Of a stretch of 64,000 nucleotides of DNA, positions 1 through 10,842 are shown piece after piece. The notes beneath the pieces were generated by a model that did no database searches, had not been told where the DNA came from, and saw only the letters and a list, made by a program, of their open reading frames with translations. The stretch is from the NCBI GenBank assembly GCA_965215015.1, contig OZ244042.1, forward strand, positions 4,608,001 to 4,672,000, read 5' to 3'. This DNA is from Candidatus Poribacteria bacterium (lineage in GTDB: Bacteria; Poribacteria; WGA-4E; PCPOR2b). The position numbers were made by a program, and so were the translations under genes. Position 1 is the stretch's first letter, and every line of letters begins with the position of its first letter.

Positions 1-241
1 ACGACAGCATTAACCGTATGACTATCGCCAGAATTGCTAAATAGTATCAGCCCCCACATTGAATTGTCAACAATCTTTTTTTTACTATAGATTGTCCCAC
101 TACACTGCCCATAAACCCAATCACAGTCTTATTTCTCTGGATTCAGTAGATGTTGACTGAATACAGAGAAACGCATATAGTTGTTAGCAGTGAAGCGGAT
201 AACTACTATTTGCAAAAAGAAATAACTGATGGGCAGATATG

Positions 242-628
242 CTATTCTTTCTCGACCTCATCACTTTTTTCAGTTGGCAGCCCTACCGCTTTCCAGCCTC
301 GGAACCCTCCTGTTAGTACAGAAGCGTTCTTGTATCCCATAATCTGTAAGGTATGTGCGGACAGTGAGCCACGGGTGTTGCCGCCACAATGTGCGACAAT
401 GGGTGTGTCTTGATCGGGGACGAGTTCATCGATTTCTAGCTCGATGGCTGCACGGGGCAGCGAAATCGCACCGGGCAGGTGTTCGGCTTCATACAGTTCT
501 TTATCACGCACATCTAGGATGACGACAGGTTCATTATTATCAATAGCCGTTTTCAGTATTTCTGCAGAGGTGTGTCCAATCTGTGCTTGGGCTTCGGCGA
601 GCAGTTGTTCTAAGGTTTTGCCACGCAT
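242..628 (-). CDS. Rhodanese-like domain sulfurtransferase
   Basis: ILDVRD...HLPGA and the active-site loop HCGGNTRG. Start moved to MRGK (628), 9 nt after an AAGGAG RBS. Confidence 0.85.
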   Translation of the reverse strand: MRGKTLEQLLAEAQAQIGHTSAEILKTAIDNNEPVVILDVRDKELYEAEHLPGAISLPRAAIELEIDELVPDQDTPIVAHCGGNTRGSLSAHTLQIMGYKNASVLTGGFRGWKAVGLPTEKSDEVEKE

Positions 629-883
629 AATTCTCATCTCCTTCTGTAAAAATGTTGTGTGCATAAAGGCATAGCGAGAGCTTAAATATGAAGGACTAAA
701 TAATTTCACTGCATCTTTCAATGATAAATAATGGCATTTTAACACAGCCCTTAAACATGGTCAAGCAAGCCTCAAAGTTTTTTAGCTCTTCGATTGGGTA
801 GAGATTTCAAATCTTGTTTCGCGGGAGACTCGTGCCGCACCTAACACGATGTCAATGATATTACTATTATATGGAGGTCTCTT

Positions 884-1339
884 ATGATACAGTCGCTTCA
901 ACAATCCGTTCAATCGGTGATCGATGAAGGGCGAATCGGCAGCCCTGTGTTTTTGCGCTGCATAGTACAAGCACCAATTGAAGCAGCGGACACCGTGGGT
1001 GGCCTCGCCGCCTTGACTGCGATGGGCAATAACTGGATGCCCGATCCGCCGGAGCAAATCTACGCCCTAGATAGCGCAGATACAACACAGATTACCGCTA
1101 TGGTGAAGTATGCCGGTGGACAGTCTGCGCTGCTAAGTGTTAATCGTATTCCGGCGGATCAGGACGTCGCCATCGATTTAAGGTTGGTTGGAAACAACGG
1201 AATCATCTATCACGAAACGCCCACAGGTCCGTATCGCCTGATGAATCCGCTACTTAGCTTAAGCGGCGGGGAAGATTTGATAGACGCAATTCGTCAGGGA
1301 CTAGAAACAAAACAGCCGGTCAAAGTGATGGAGGGTTAA
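884..1339 (+). CDS. Stand-alone Gfo/Idh/MocA C-terminal-like domain protein
   Basis: IDEGRIGSPVFLR and the C-terminal AIRQGLETKQPVKV resemble the Gfo C-domain. No Rossmann N-domain. GGAGG RBS; coupled to the next gene. Confidence 0.55.
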   Translation: MIQSLQQSVQSVIDEGRIGSPVFLRCIVQAPIEAADTVGGLAALTAMGNNWMPDPPEQIYALDSADTTQITAMVKYAGGQSALLSVNRIPADQDVAIDLRLVGNNGIIYHETPTGPYRLMNPLLSLSGGEDLIDAIRQGLETKQPVKVMEG

Positions 1340-1340
1340 A

Positions 1341-2486
1341 ATGAAAAATGGAAAATATGGCGTATTGGTGCTCGGTGGACGACGGACACATCAGGAGAGC
1401 TATGCCCGCTGCTTTGCCGAAGATGAGCGGTGCGAGCTCATTGCAGCTTCCGATGAACTGGATGCGCCCCCTGAATATGTCAAATTGAATCGACAGCTTG
1501 CCGAAGATTTGCAGATTCCTTATATTCCCGATCTGAACGAAGCACTGGCACGTGATGATGTCGATATCGTCAGCTCGTGTGTCCAAAACGAGCGGCGAGG
1601 GCGTGTGAACGTGAAATGTGCAGAGGCGGGGAAACACCTCTATCTGGATAAACCGCTAGCGATGAGTGTCGAGGATGCACAGGCGATTGCGGCAGCGGTG
1701 GAGAAAGCCGGTGTTTGTAACCAGATGTTTAGCAACATGCACACTCCTTGGGCAGAAGCTGCCAAAAAAGCACTGAACAACGGTGAGATCGGAGAGCTTC
1801 GTGCTATCCACTGCGACGTGCTTTTTGCTAAGGGGCATGTTGGCACAGCACCGGTGGGGCGCAAGAGGGTAGAGAAGCCGACCGTTGAGAGATATACCTT
1901 TATCGAGGCGAAACGGGAGATGTTTGATGTTGGTGTGTACCCCGTATCGCTGATTAATTGGCTGACGCAGAAACGGGTCAAAACAGTTTTTGGCACAACC
2001 GCCAACTACTTCTTTGAGGAGCACATCTCATGCGATATTGAGGACTTCGGTGCACTGATGATGACACTAGAGGATGGCGTTGTGGCAACAATCATTGGTG
2101 GACGTGCGGGATGGATGAGCCATGCCAAAGGTGGGGTTCAGCGGCTGCATCTGATCGGCACACGCGGTACATTGGCATTTGATGGCTCGCAACCGCGCCT
2201 CGAAGTGTATGCGGATGAAGAACCTTTCCGACAAACGCCGGCGCATCCGATGGATCCAATGGGAATGTGGTCAAGTACACAAACCGAATCAGGTATGATA
2301 CCTAAACGTCAGTGGGTCGCCGTGAATCAAGCGGGCGATCAGCAAGGACCAGATATGAGAGGGTTTGTGGATTGTATCGAAGCGGGGAGAGAGAGCGAGA
2401 TGAACGCCGCATTTGCTGCACAATCGGTCGCCATCATTCGTGCCGGCTACGAATCCGCAGCGAAGGGCGAAATTATCGCGCTTTGA
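1341..2486 (+). CDS. Gfo/Idh/MocA family oxidoreductase
   Basis: AGKHLYLDKPLA motif, DVGVY, C-terminal AGYESA. Confidence 0.9.
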   Translation: MKNGKYGVLVLGGRRTHQESYARCFAEDERCELIAASDELDAPPEYVKLNRQLAEDLQIPYIPDLNEALARDDVDIVSSCVQNERRGRVNVKCAEAGKHLYLDKPLAMSVEDAQAIAAAVEKAGVCNQMFSNMHTPWAEAAKKALNNGEIGELRAIHCDVLFAKGHVGTAPVGRKRVEKPTVERYTFIEAKREMFDVGVYPVSLINWLTQKRVKTVFGTTANYFFEEHISCDIEDFGALMMTLEDGVVATIIGGRAGWMSHAKGGVQRLHLIGTRGTLAFDGSQPRLEVYADEEPFRQTPAHPMDPMGMWSSTQTESGMIPKRQWVAVNQAGDQQGPDMRGFVDCIEAGRESEMNAAFAAQSVAIIRAGYESAAKGEIIAL

Positions 2487-2587
2487 AATTCAACCGTTTG
2501 TTTGCTTCTTACACCTCATGAACAACTGGATTCGCGTTCCATACACCGCCTTTTACGCATTATGTTTCACTCGAATGGAGTATAGTC

Positions 2588-4657
2588 ATGCGAACTATTA
2601 GCCCCAATGTTAACGGTTACTACGACGTTTCAGATCAGATGATCGATAACCTGCGTCGCCGGGCGGAAGCACATTTTCGTCGACAGGAAATAGAGAAAGC
2701 GGAGTTGACATCGATCGCAGCTTTTGAGGAACACCGCAAACGGGTGGGGGATCACTTTATGAGAGCCATCGGTGGCTTGCCCGAAGATCGCACACCGCTA
2801 AACGTCCAATGTACGGGCATCCTCGATCGCGGCGGGTTTACAATCGAAAAGTTAATCTATGAGAGTCTACCAGAATTTTATGTCACGGCTGCGTTGTACG
2901 TCCCGAAAGGCATCGTATCCTCCCAACCCGCCGTTGTTTTTGTACATGGACATAGTGATCTCGGCAAGTCTTATCCGGTCTATCAGGCGGTCTGCGTCGA
3001 TCTTGCTGCCAACGGTTTTATCGTGCTTGCTGTCGATCCACCGGGACAGGGCGAGCGATTTCAATACTTCGATTCAGGGAAGGGCGAGCGGATTATCGGC
3101 GGTTGCACAACGGAGCACACCTACGCTGGGCTACAATTTACGCTGGGCGGTGCCAGTATTGGTCGGCATTTCATCTGGGACGTCATGCGAGGTATTGATT
3201 ATTTGGAGACGCGTCCGGAGGTTGATCCAACACGCATCGGCTTAACTGGGAATTCGGGTGGGGGTACGCAATCTTGTCTACTGATGATGAGTGAACAGCG
3301 TTTTGCTGCAGCCGTGCCCTGTACCTTCGTTATGACGCTGGAATCGTACATGAAAACAGGACAGGCGCAGGATAGCGAGCAGATTGTGCCGGGGTGTTTC
3401 GCCAACGGACCCGACCACGACGATTATATCACCGCTATGGCACCGAAGCCGGTGCTCATCGGTGCGGCTGCTTACGACTACTTCCCAATTGAAGGCGCAA
3501 TTGAAGCCGTGGATAGAGCCAAGCGAATCTATGCCCTCTATGATGCTGAAGATAACGTTGACATCGCAATCGCTCCAACGCGACATGAGTACTCCTCATA
3601 TCTCCGTGAAGCGTGTGTCAACTGGTACAAGCAGCATTTTCGCGGTGAGTCGCCTGACTTCATAACAGGTGAACAGGAAACTTTGTCTGATGAGGCACTT
3701 TGGGCGACGCCAAATGGTCAAGTACTTGATCTGTATCCGAACAGCAAAACGGTATTTGACCTGAACCGGGAGCGATTGGAAGTATCGTCCGTTTCTCGAC
3801 TTGGGATTGACCACAACACAGGGCGGGAGGAGGACGACATCGATCAGATACGGGAAACAATTACGGGGATTCTTGGAATGCCGGAGAGGTGTAATCAAAG
3901 GATCTATCCTCGTATCATCGCTGAAAACATCGTTGATGGTTACCGGACGGAGGAAATCTTTTTCTTCAGCGAACCCAATATCGTTGTTACCGGAATCTTC
4001 ATCCATCCTCTTGAAGGGGCCACGGTTGAGCAGACTGACCTCGTTCTTTTTGAAAATGGTACAAACGACAACCGAGACAAACGGGAATGGCTCGAAGATC
4101 GACTCGCTTCCGGGCGGCAATTGTTTGTTTTCGATCCGCGTGGCATCGGTGGTGTGCAGGTACGCTCATTCAATCGGGGTGTTCAGCCACATGACGGTGA
4201 ATTCAAACTTGCCTCAGATGCAATGATGCTTGGTATCTCGACGATGGGCTTACGTGTCTTTGATGTCTTGCGTGCATACGACTATCTCCGCACCCGATCC
4301 GATGTCGATCAGATTGGGCTGTACGGGATTGGCAAAAGTGCGTTTTATGCTTACTTTGCTGGTGTGTTAGAAGACGGGTTTGCATCGCTCGAATTGGAAG
4401 ATTTGCTCTACTCGTATCGCGACCTGACAGACACGCGCTACTACGACCAAAAACGCTATAACCTCGAAGTGATGGCGTGGGGCCTCCTGCGACACTTCGA
4501 TCTGGTGGATCTGACACCGTGCTTTGGAGAACGCTCCCTTCGATGGATTGCGCCGAGAAATGCCAAAGGGGAAGTCCTGACAGATGAGGTGTTTGATCGG
4601 GTATTTCTTAGCATTGCCAGGAAGCGGGGATATTTGGGGGACGCGATAAGAGCGTGA
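2588..4657 (+). CDS. Alpha/beta hydrolase (acetylxylan esterase-like, duplicated domain)
   Basis: HGHS, DPPGQGER and the GNSGGG nucleophile elbow. Second degenerate hydrolase domain (DPRGIG, RAYDYLRTRSDV). Confidence 0.8.
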   Translation: MRTISPNVNGYYDVSDQMIDNLRRRAEAHFRRQEIEKAELTSIAAFEEHRKRVGDHFMRAIGGLPEDRTPLNVQCTGILDRGGFTIEKLIYESLPEFYVTAALYVPKGIVSSQPAVVFVHGHSDLGKSYPVYQAVCVDLAANGFIVLAVDPPGQGERFQYFDSGKGERIIGGCTTEHTYAGLQFTLGGASIGRHFIWDVMRGIDYLETRPEVDPTRIGLTGNSGGGTQSCLLMMSEQRFAAAVPCTFVMTLESYMKTGQAQDSEQIVPGCFANGPDHDDYITAMAPKPVLIGAAAYDYFPIEGAIEAVDRAKRIYALYDAEDNVDIAIAPTRHEYSSYLREACVNWYKQHFRGESPDFITGEQETLSDEALWATPNGQVLDLYPNSKTVFDLNRERLEVSSVSRLGIDHNTGREEDDIDQIRETITGILGMPERCNQRIYPRIIAENIVDGYRTEEIFFFSEPNIVVTGIFIHPLEGATVEQTDLVLFENGTNDNRDKREWLEDRLASGRQLFVFDPRGIGGVQVRSFNRGVQPHDGEFKLASDAMMLGISTMGLRVFDVLRAYDYLRTRSDVDQIGLYGIGKSAFYAYFAGVLEDGFASLELEDLLYSYRDLTDTRYYDQKRYNLEVMAWGLLRHFDLVDLTPCFGERSLRWIAPRNAKGEVLTDEVFDRVFLSIARKRGYLGDAIRA

Positions 4658-4818
4658 ATATTTGAGTGAGAGCGGGCTGTAGGGGGATATACTGGCTGAA
4701 GGTTTGCTTGTTCCCGTACTCCGGCACCAAAAGCGAGTCCCTAAATTTTTGCTCAATTAAAGGACTCACAAGTGAGAAAATTTTGGAGATGCCCCCCGGT
4801 GCGTTCGCTAATTTCCTA

Positions 4819-4847
4819 TTGACGTCCTCTTGGGGGAATGCTATACT
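4819..4847 (+). promoter_or_regulatory. Sigma70-type promoter
   Basis: TTGACG-N17-TATACT upstream of the 4905 start. Confidence 0.6.
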
Positions 4848-4904
4848 TTCCTGAACTGTAATCGAAAATGGAAAGTATTAGGGCTTCCAGAACGCGGAGG
4901 ATGT

Positions 4905-7097
4905 ATGAATCGGAAGTTTATCCTGCTTTTAATGAGTTTTTTCCTGTTATGGGGATGCCAGTCCCAAGATCAGGATACTCGACCAACCTCGAAACTGAAA
5001 TCCCAACCGAAAAGTCAACCAATTGTTCCCCCTATCCCCACCCGCTCTGAAGATTGGCCCATGTTCATGTACGATTTGCACTTCTCCGGTAGGAGCCCCG
5101 ATCGGATGCTCAAACCCCCGCTCAAGCTGCTTTGGAAATACAAGACCGGTGGACCAATTCAAGCGAGTCCTGTGGTCGCCAACGGTACGGTGTACGTTGC
5201 CTCCACAGATCACACCCTCTACGCGCTTGACGCAAAACAGTGGGGACTCAAATGGAGTTTTAAAGCGGGGGGCGTGATTCGATACGCACCGACAGTCTGG
5301 AATAATCGTGTCTATTTTAGTGCGCGAGATAACCATATTTACGCCCTCAATGCTGAGACCGGTGGTTGGCTTTGGGAATTTCGATCGGACACATGGATGG
5401 ATTCCCCACCGATTTTGTCAAAGGGGAGACTATATATCGGGGCGTATACCCAGAAGATCTACGTTATTGATGCGACAACCGGCGAATTGGAATCGCAATT
5501 AAGGGGACGGGTGTATATCGATGGGATTGAATATGGGTGTTCACAAGGGCAGTTGCGTCCCATCACACCACAGCATGATGTCAGTACTTGGCGAGAACTG
5601 ACACCACTTACTTATAGTTACCCTGCAATTGCTAACGACGTGGTTTACATCGGCGCACGAGACAATCAAATTCATGCCTTAGACATCGAATCTCGGGAGG
5701 AAATCTGGTCCTATCCAACGAACGGGTATATTGATGCTACGCCAGCCATTTCCGATGGGAGACTTTATGTGGCATCGGATGATGGGTATGTGTATGCCTT
5801 TACCAATGAGGAAGGTGAACCTTCCGAAGGCCCGCCGGATGAACGTCCAATCGGCACGGTGGTACGCGATCAAGCTCCCGTTTATACGGACAAGGATTCG
5901 GGATCTCGGGTCAAACTAACGCTCAACGACGGGGTGGTGCTCCCGATTCTGAATCAAACAGAGGGGTGGTATCAGATTGAACTTCCAAACAGTGAAGTAG
6001 GTTGGATGGATGGAGGCGGGATAGGTGTGTTTGTAGAAACGGATGACATCCATTTTAATGCGGCAATCTGCAAGCACAACCGGACGATAGCACTGATTGA
6101 AGGAGCGGAGGCTCCCCATTGGTCCCCCGATGGCAAAAGGATTGCGTTTTTGAAACGAACCAACCTGTCTGGGCAGTATTGGCGAGCGAGCGAGCTCTGG
6201 ATTTCGGACGCTTGGGCAAAGAGGTCTCGGAGGCTGCATCAGGGAATTTTTTACAACCCTCATCTCTCCTGGTCACTTGATAGCAACTTTATCGCCTTTG
6301 AGGCGCACGACGAATCGAATCAGAGTTATATATGGGCAATCGATTGGCAAACCTTGCGCCTGATTAAGTTGATACAAGGGGACGCCCCTGCATGGTCACC
6401 AACAGCCAATCAAATTGCGTTCAGACGTTGGGAGGAAGGGACGGACATCATTTATCGTATTAATATCGATAAGACAGGTCTTGTGGCGATGGCACATATT
6501 CCTATTGACGGACACATTGTACCGTTCAGCTATCTAGATCCACCGTCGTGGTCCCCTGATGGCAAGCGTATCGCAGTCGGGCTAGACCACCAACATTATA
6601 AATCAGGTCATTCTCGGATTCGCATTCATAATGCGGATGGAACTAAGTTCAAGGAAATCCCCACTCAATCTCAGCGGGTTGCACAGATTACATGGTCGGC
6701 GGATGGATCGCAGCTGGCTTATGTCCTTCGAGGCAATCCCATACCAGATCCTGCGCTTGACAAACAGCTCCATCTTGTTGATGTTTCCACGACTGAGTCA
6801 GATACCGCAAACCAAATCCAAATTCTGAAGCATACTTCTCCCGCGTGGTCACCGCAAGGAAATCGGCTTGCATATATGGAACGTGAGGATTGTATGGGGC
6901 TGCGCTGGAAGGTATGGATCTTGGACCAGAAAACGAATCGCGCCCTGCCGGTTGCACGGACGACACTCAATTTGACTGCTATTACTTGGTTGCCAGCGGG
7001 AAAACGACTATGCTTATGGCATACATCAGAATATCTGCGCGGCGGGAAGTACAAACCTGCCAAGACGAGAGGTTGGATTGTAGAGATTAATCAATGA
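4905..7097 (+). CDS. Lipoprotein with PQQ-like (BamB-type) beta-propeller, SH3-like domain and TolB/PD40 propeller
   Basis: Lipobox LLWG-C; DWPMF and repeated YALDA..G...W PQQ-type repeats; WYQIELPNSEVGWM SH3-like segment; several PxWSPDG repeats. Start at MNRKF after GGAGG. Confidence 0.8.
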   Translation: MNRKFILLLMSFFLLWGCQSQDQDTRPTSKLKSQPKSQPIVPPIPTRSEDWPMFMYDLHFSGRSPDRMLKPPLKLLWKYKTGGPIQASPVVANGTVYVASTDHTLYALDAKQWGLKWSFKAGGVIRYAPTVWNNRVYFSARDNHIYALNAETGGWLWEFRSDTWMDSPPILSKGRLYIGAYTQKIYVIDATTGELESQLRGRVYIDGIEYGCSQGQLRPITPQHDVSTWRELTPLTYSYPAIANDVVYIGARDNQIHALDIESREEIWSYPTNGYIDATPAISDGRLYVASDDGYVYAFTNEEGEPSEGPPDERPIGTVVRDQAPVYTDKDSGSRVKLTLNDGVVLPILNQTEGWYQIELPNSEVGWMDGGGIGVFVETDDIHFNAAICKHNRTIALIEGAEAPHWSPDGKRIAFLKRTNLSGQYWRASELWISDAWAKRSRRLHQGIFYNPHLSWSLDSNFIAFEAHDESNQSYIWAIDWQTLRLIKLIQGDAPAWSPTANQIAFRRWEEGTDIIYRINIDKTGLVAMAHIPIDGHIVPFSYLDPPSWSPDGKRIAVGLDHQHYKSGHSRIRIHNADGTKFKEIPTQSQRVAQITWSADGSQLAYVLRGNPIPDPALDKQLHLVDVSTTESDTANQIQILKHTSPAWSPQGNRLAYMEREDCMGLRWKVWILDQKTNRALPVARTTLNLTAITWLPAGKRLCLWHTSEYLRGGKYKPAKTRGWIVEINQ

Positions 7098-7159
7098 ACA
7101 AATTCTGAGGGGACTTTTGTTCCAGTGGACAATAGCGCCAGTGATGGAAAGGGCTCGCG

Positions 7160-8227
7160 ATGAAACAACTCATCTTTGAGGACATCTATAGTTGGTCAAT
7201 TTTTAGTGAAATGCGCCAGGTCGACTTCAACGGGCATTTATGGGTTCGTCCTGAAGGTAATGTTCTTATAGATCCCGTACCGATGATTGATTCGGATTTG
7301 AACCAATTGGACAAACTGGGTGGGGCTGCACTGATTGTGCTCACCAATCGGGACCATGAGCGAGACGCAGCGTCCTTTCGCAAACACACAGGGGCCAATA
7401 TTGTCATTCACGAAGCGGATGCGGCTGCGTTAGAGGTCACGCCTGACCGTCAAATCACCGATGGTGAGGAGATTGTGCAGGGATTGCAGGCAATCCATCT
7501 GCGTTACGGAAAGAGTCCAGGAGAGATTGTGCTCTACTTCCCTGAAAAACGTGCCGTGCTGTCAGGCGACCTTATCGTTGGGGAACCTATTGGCTCATTG
7601 ACCCTGCTGGCAGATGAAAAGTTGGAAAATCCACCGAAAGCGGCGTTAGAACTACGAAAAATCCTCGCTTTGCCCTTTGATGCGATTCTGGTGGGGGATG
7701 GTCACTCGATTCTCCAAGATGCACGCCAACGATTGACCGAATGCCTCCAACGACGCCCGGACATTTATGTTAATCGAATTAACATTGACGAGATTAATTG
7801 GGTCAAACGGGATGCTCCTGAACCCTACGATTTTGAGGACAAGGACATTGATCCTCTCATCGGAGCGCAACTGTTAGGATATCGGATTATCCGCTTACAC
7901 CCCAACAACGCCAGTTTTCCGATGCACTTTCACCATTTTAGCGAGGAGATGTTCTATGTCATGGAGGGAGCGTGTACGCTCAAAACCCCACGTGGTGATT
8001 TGACGATTACAGCGGGGGATTTTATTGCCTTTCCGCCGGGGGAGGCGGGTGCCCACAAAATAATTAATATGGAGGAGGCACCGTGCACGGTGCTTGCGGT
8101 AGGGATGACCCAACCCCACGGTGTCAGCGAATATCCCGATTCCAACAAAGTTTTTCCCTACGTTTCTGGGCGGCTTTTCCGAAAAGACGACAATGTGAGT
8201 TACTGGGACGGTGAGGTAGAGGAATGA
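7160..8227 (+). CDS. MBL-fold domain fused to a C-terminal cupin domain
   Basis: N-terminal LTNRDHERD, SPGE, GDL and VGDGH (degenerate MBL); C-terminal HFHHFSEEMFYV...GEAGAH cupin. Confidence 0.75.
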   Translation: MKQLIFEDIYSWSIFSEMRQVDFNGHLWVRPEGNVLIDPVPMIDSDLNQLDKLGGAALIVLTNRDHERDAASFRKHTGANIVIHEADAAALEVTPDRQITDGEEIVQGLQAIHLRYGKSPGEIVLYFPEKRAVLSGDLIVGEPIGSLTLLADEKLENPPKAALELRKILALPFDAILVGDGHSILQDARQRLTECLQRRPDIYVNRINIDEINWVKRDAPEPYDFEDKDIDPLIGAQLLGYRIIRLHPNNASFPMHFHHFSEEMFYVMEGACTLKTPRGDLTITAGDFIAFPPGEAGAHKIINMEEAPCTVLAVGMTQPHGVSEYPDSNKVFPYVSGRLFRKDDNVSYWDGEVEE

Positions 8228-8284
8228 GCAGCTATTCAAAATTGTGCAAGGGTTTCAAACCTTCGCAAGGTTGGTTGCTATAGA

Positions 8285-8575
8285 TTATATGTTGCGTTCC
8301 GTTTTGTCCGTTGGACGTGCGGAGAGGTCGGTTCGAGGGGGAATATCCCACGAAATATAATCACACACCGGGCACTGGAGTTCGGCTTCAACAAGATTCC
8401 TAACCTTTCCTGTTTTTCGTGGCTTCCGTTGGGTGTAGCACTGTGTGCAGCGAACGGAGTGTAAATCGTGGGATTCGCCTCGTCCGAAGTGGACCAAGAG
8501 ATAGAAAAGCCCACAAACCACTCCAACGATAGCAAGGCAACAAAGGATGAAAAGTAGGAAAGGGATAATTTCCAT
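8285..8575 (-). CDS. Small membrane protein with zinc-ribbon-like CxxC...CxxC
   Basis: Hydrophobic N-terminus, then CTQC...CPVC; starts immediately after the upstream gene. Confidence 0.5.
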   Translation of the reverse strand: MEIIPFLLFILCCLAIVGVVCGLFYLLVHFGRGESHDLHSVRCTQCYTQRKPRKTGKVRNLVEAELQCPVCDYISWDIPPRTDLSARPTDKTERNI

Positions 8576-8579
8576 TCTC

Positions 8580-10616
8580 TTAAACCTTCCGTAAGTGCAG
8601 CACACTCAAACCGTAAACAATCACGCTTGGGATAGTGAATCGGATTCGCTCCCCACGCGTTTCGTGATGCAGGGTGACTGAATCTTGCTTCTCTGGATAG
8701 AGCCACTCGACCTTTTGTACCACGTAACCCTCCAGCACCTTACAATCCACATGAACCGGGCCGATTGGCTGAGGCGTTTCGATATCCGCCGCCTCATCCT
8801 GCCGGTAGTTGACCCAATGCAGCACCAAAGCCTCATGCCCTTCGGGCAACCAGGCGCGTACGCGGACGAACCAAGGAGCATCAGTCTTTAGATATACTTC
8901 CTCAAGCAAATCTTCCAGACGCCCAAGAAAATCCTGCCCGAAGGAATCGTGCTCTAGAAACGGATATACCGGTAGTTGTACGCCAGCCTGTACTTCCACT
9001 GAATTAGGCTCCCATTGTTCCCCTGCAATATAGCACACTCCCTCCGCTGTTGTGCGTTCTCGGCTTGCGTCTGCTTGCCTCTCCCAACCTACCAATAGAC
9101 TTTCAGGATAAGGCTGTCCGTCAAGCTGATATTTGCCGGTGTCTCCTGTAAAGATAAGTTTTTTACCTTTTTCGACAAATCGTTTGAGGTGTGCGCCCTC
9201 CTCTGGAGATAAACGTTTCACATCAGGCAAGATAAGCATGTGATAGTTCGCAGCACAATCAAGGAGCTGTTCATCGAGAATAATATCGAATAGTAGATGC
9301 CTATCCTCCAACAACCGACCGATCCGCTTGAGTGGTTCTAGGCAATCGGCTTCGTCCTCTAACTCAGCGCGGCGCGGATAGACCAACCCTATCTGTGCCC
9401 AGGGCTGAGCGGGATGCAGAAGGGAGTCGTGATCAGCGAGAAAACGCTGATAGCGGATGACAGGAGCGTAATAATCCTCCACAGCAAAATTCGGATTTTC
9501 ATCGTAGCCCCAATGAAATGCGAGTGCTGCGCCATGATTTGCTGCGGCTTCGGCAATGGACAGTCGCAAACGACGGAAATCGTACTTGTTAATCACAAAA
9601 GGTTTGCCACCACCAGCCGCATAGATAAACCGAGCAGGCATTCCCATATCCGCTAAATAGCCGTGCTTGATGAAACTCATCCCCTTATATCCACCTTGAC
9701 TATACCAGATATAATCCTCATCTTTTGCCCATAGCGCACTTGGCAAGAGGCTGCGTTCATCGTGCGGTTGGAAATCGTACTTGTGATACCACTGTGCCAA
9801 CAGGAGATCTGGCTTCAGCGAGCGACCATGCGCGATATATATTTCGTCCAGTGCCTCTTTGCGACGTAGATGGGTTGCACGGTTGACAGTTAGCTGCAAC
9901 CGTTGTCGTAGCTCGTCCGGACATGCTTGGCACTGAGTTAGAAGATCTGTGACTTCGGCAAGGTCATGTCTCCCAAAAATCTGTCGCAAATCTGTGCTAT
10001 CAAAGGCTTCTTGTAGCCGATCTCGCAGATAGTCTTGACAGTAGCGGCACCGGCAAAAATTCTCGAAGTTATGATGCACATTGAATCCGTCTATCCCTAG
10101 CTCAATGGCTTTTTTTACCATTGGCTTCAGGGTGGCAAGCCAGTGCGGATTGCACATACAACCGCTATACGTCAGATACGGACGGCCTTCGATGTCCCAA
10201 CGTCGTAGTGCCCCGTCCGCCATCCGTTGTTGGGTATCTTCTGCACTATCACAGGGGGCATTTCCGAGAAGGTCCGCTGTCCAGATTCTCTCCCAAGCAC
10301 CGAATAATCCCTGTCGTTTTTCGTGGTTTCCGTAGTTCCATGCCATGCTCATCTGTCCGACAACCCGCGCTCCAGCTTCTTGGAGTTGGGGGATGAGTTC
10401 TGCCGCACAGGCCAGGTTTTCTCTTACGCCAATTAGTGGCATCCCCACCCAGTGGCGATTTACTTCGGGGTCGTCTGCTAAACTGTAGAACATGGGCCCA
10501 AAAGTTCCTACTTGCACGACCTGTAACTTTGCCCTTCTCACATGCTCGACCAGGTCTAACCGCTGCGGTATACTCCAGTGCTCAGCCATACGATTAAACC
10601 AGAAATTTTTCGCCAT
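8580..10616 (-). CDS. Hypothetical glycoside hydrolase-like protein
   Basis: Long ORF with GCMCNPHW, GIDGF, CRCRYC and a beta-galactosidase-trimerisation-like segment (LILPDV). Start MAKNF after AAGGAGG. Confidence 0.6.
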   Translation of the reverse strand: MAKNFWFNRMAEHWSIPQRLDLVEHVRRAKLQVVQVGTFGPMFYSLADDPEVNRHWVGMPLIGVRENLACAAELIPQLQEAGARVVGQMSMAWNYGNHEKRQGLFGAWERIWTADLLGNAPCDSAEDTQQRMADGALRRWDIEGRPYLTYSGCMCNPHWLATLKPMVKKAIELGIDGFNVHHNFENFCRCRYCQDYLRDRLQEAFDSTDLRQIFGRHDLAEVTDLLTQCQACPDELRQRLQLTVNRATHLRRKEALDEIYIAHGRSLKPDLLLAQWYHKYDFQPHDERSLLPSALWAKDEDYIWYSQGGYKGMSFIKHGYLADMGMPARFIYAAGGGKPFVINKYDFRRLRLSIAEAAANHGAALAFHWGYDENPNFAVEDYYAPVIRYQRFLADHDSLLHPAQPWAQIGLVYPRRAELEDEADCLEPLKRIGRLLEDRHLLFDIILDEQLLDCAANYHMLILPDVKRLSPEEGAHLKRFVEKGKKLIFTGDTGKYQLDGQPYPESLLVGWERQADASRERTTAEGVCYIAGEQWEPNSVEVQAGVQLPVYPFLEHDSFGQDFLGRLEDLLEEVYLKTDAPWFVRVRAWLPEGHEALVLHWVNYRQDEAADIETPQPIGPVHVDCKVLEGYVVQKVEWLYPEKQDSVTLHHETRGERIRFTIPSVIVYGLSVLHLRKV

Positions 10617-10842
10617 GTTTCCTCCTTGACCAAATCTTATTTGTGCAAAAAGAAACGTAATAAGCCCTGATTGGGCTAAAATTAACCGCGGAGACGCAGA
10701 GGGCACAGAGAAAAACATAAGAGTTATGTCCAACATTACTATTTTAATGCTTCTCTACGTTTCTCCGCGTTCATCTGTGCTTCGGCTGTCAGTCTTGAAT
10801 AAAAGTCCGCAACGACTTACTCCTACTTCCACTTTGCGCTAG

